A DNA stretch of 64,000 nt. Source: Eledone cirrhosa (taxonomy: Eukaryota). Made by a program: the position numbers and the translations under genes. The notes under the pieces are model-generated. The model did not search any database. It had not been told where the DNA came from and saw only the letters and a program-made list of their open reading frames with translations. Location of the stretch: NCBI GenBank assembly GCA_964016885.1, contig OZ024747.1, positions 29,822,001 through 29,886,000 of the forward strand. The letters run 5' to 3'. Of the stretch, positions 62,101 to 64,000 are shown one piece after another; the first letter of the stretch is position 1; every line of letters starts with the position of its first letter.

Positions 62101-63880
62101 AAAAATTGATTATTTTAGGTTTTTCACAAATTGATCATTTTACACAGTATTTCGAAAAATTGTTTTTTTTCAAAAAAGATTGATTTTTTTTCTTACGAAA
62201 TATCTACTTTCTGATTTCGAAAATTGTTATATATTTTGTATTTTTAAAAAGTTTTTCAACGTGTCGAAACATAATGTATAAACGCATTTTTTCCAAATAC
62301 TGTGTAAAAGATCTATTTGTGAAAAAGCTAAAAAAATCAATTTTAGAAATCGGAAGTAAATATTTCGAAAAGTATAAAAAAATTGATTATTTTAGGTTTT
62401 TCACAAATTGATCATTTTACACAGTATTTCGAAAAATTGTTTTTTTACAAAAAACATTGATTTTTTTTCTTTCGAAATATATACTTTCTGATTTCGAAAA
62501 TTGATATATATTTTGTATTTTTCAAACACAATGTATAAACGCATTTTTTTGAAAAAAAACATTTTTTCCAAATACTGTGTAAATTGATCAATATGTTAAA
62601 AACCTAACAAAATCAATTCTAGAAATCAAAAGTAAATATTTCGAAAAGTTGATTATTTTAGGTTTTTTACAAATTGATCATTTTACACAGTATTTCGAAA
62701 AATTGTTTTTTTTCAAAAAAGATTGATTTTTTTTCTTTCGAAATATCTACTTTCTGATTTCGAAAATTGTTATATATTTTGTATTTTTAAAAAGTTTTTC
62801 AACGTGTCGAAACATAATGTATAAACGCATTTTTTCCAAATACTGTGTAAAATGATCTATTTGTGAAAAAGCTAAAAAAATCAATTTTAGAAATTGGAAG
62901 TAAATATTTCGAAAAGTATGAAAAAATTGATTATTCTAGGTTTTTCACAAATTGATCATTTTAAACAGTATTTCGAAAAATTATTTTTTTTCCAAAAACA
63001 TTGATTTTTTTCTTTCGAAATATATATTTTCTGATTTCGAAAATTGATATATATTTTGTATTTTTCAAACACAATGTATAAACGCATTTTTTTGAAAATA
63101 TACATTTTTTCCAAATACAGTGTAAAATGATCAATTTGTGAAAAACCTAAAAAAATCAGTTTTAGAAATCAGAAGTAAATATTTCGAAAAGTATAAAAAA
63201 ATTGATTATTTTAGGTTTTTCACAAATTGATAATTTTACACAGTATTTCGAAAATTTGTTTTTTTTCAAAAAAGATTGATTTTTTTTTCTATCGAAATAT
63301 ATACTTTCTGATTTCGAAAATTGATATACATTTTGTATTTTTCAAATATTTTTCAACGTATGTATAAACAAGGTTTTGAAAAAAAACATTTTTTCCAAAT
63401 ACTGTGTAAATTGATCAATTTGTGAAAAAACCTAAAAAAATCAATTTTAGAAATCAGAAGTAAATATTTCGAAAAGTGTAAACAAATTGATTATTTTAGG
63501 TTTTTCACAAATTGATCATTTTACACAGTATTTCGAAAAATTGTTTTTTTTTCAAAAAAGATTGATTTTTTTTCTTTTGAAATATCTACTTTCTGATTTC
63601 GAAAATTGTTATATAATTTGTATTTTTAAAAAATTTTTCAGCGTGTATGTATAAATGTATAAACGCATTTTTTCCAAATACTGTGTAAAATGATCTATTT
63701 GTGAAAAAGCTAAAAAAATCAATTTTAGAAATCGGAAGTAAATATTTCGAAAAGTATAAAAAAATTGATTATTTTAGGTTTTTCACAAATTGATCATTTT
63801 ACACAGTATTTCGAAAAATTGTTTTTTTATCAAAAAAGATTGATTTTTTTTCTTTCGAAATATATAATTTCTGATTTCGA
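47160..63880 (+). repeat. Higher-order duplication in array 2: ~4.3-kb block at ~47160-51430 recopied at ~59610-63880 (offset 12449) and, with deletions, at ~52000-55700 (offset ~4969)
   Basis: Spurious ORFs recur at a constant offset (47198/59647, 47952/60401, 49398/61847; 47198/52167). Marker variants agree: AATATGTTAA 50141/62590 and AAGGTTTTGA 50921/55314/63370. Confidence 0.92.
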
Positions 63881-64000
63881 AATTTGATATATATTTTGTA
63901 TTTTTCAAACAATGTATAAACGCATTTTTTTGAAAAAAAACATTTTTTCCAAATACTGTGTAAATTGATCAATTTGTGAAAAACCTAAAAAAATCAATTT

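Larger units (their letters stand above)
40787..64000 (+). repeat. Satellite array 2: AT-rich tandem repeat, full monomer 296 bp with ~278, ~276 and ~258 bp variants, about 84 monomers
   Basis: The monomer (TAGAAATCAGAAGTAAATATTTCGAAAAG...CCTAAAAAAATCAATTT) recurs throughout. Spacings between homologous points are 42037->42333 (296), 43185->43461 (276), 46600->46879 (279) and 47413->47672 (259). Confidence 0.98.

Noticed and set aside
40787-64000. Autonomous transposon or retroelement
   Set aside because: There is no transposase or RT ORF, LTR, or target-site duplication. Only the inverted-repeat architecture is element-like, and it is reported as a hypothesis.

Overview
The window is entirely non-coding tandem-repeat (satellite) DNA, most likely eukaryotic heterochromatin. 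It holds two unrelated arrays joined across a 200-N scaffold gap (40587-40786). Array 1 (1-40586) has about 2000 copies of two related 20-bp units, A = CCGTTTTTTATTTGGGT(G/A)CC and B = CCGTTTTTTTATGGGGGGGT. They are interleaved in a constrained order, are strongly T/G-skewed on the + strand, and carry nested kb-scale duplications plus a subfamily switch near 23.7 kb. Array 2 (40787-64000) has about 84 copies of an AT-rich 258-296 bp monomer. Each monomer contains a ~75-bp near-perfect inverted repeat and a second, overlapping ~37-bp inverted repeat, giving a foldback/MITE-like structure. Array 2 also shows modular 18/20-bp deletions, higher-order copies at offsets 4969 and 12449 bp, and one templated-insertion repair-like scar. 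All ORFs in the track are artefacts of the repeats. No genes, RNA genes or CRISPR arrays are supported. Offsets were counted by hand from the sequence and ORF track, and block boundaries are approximate.
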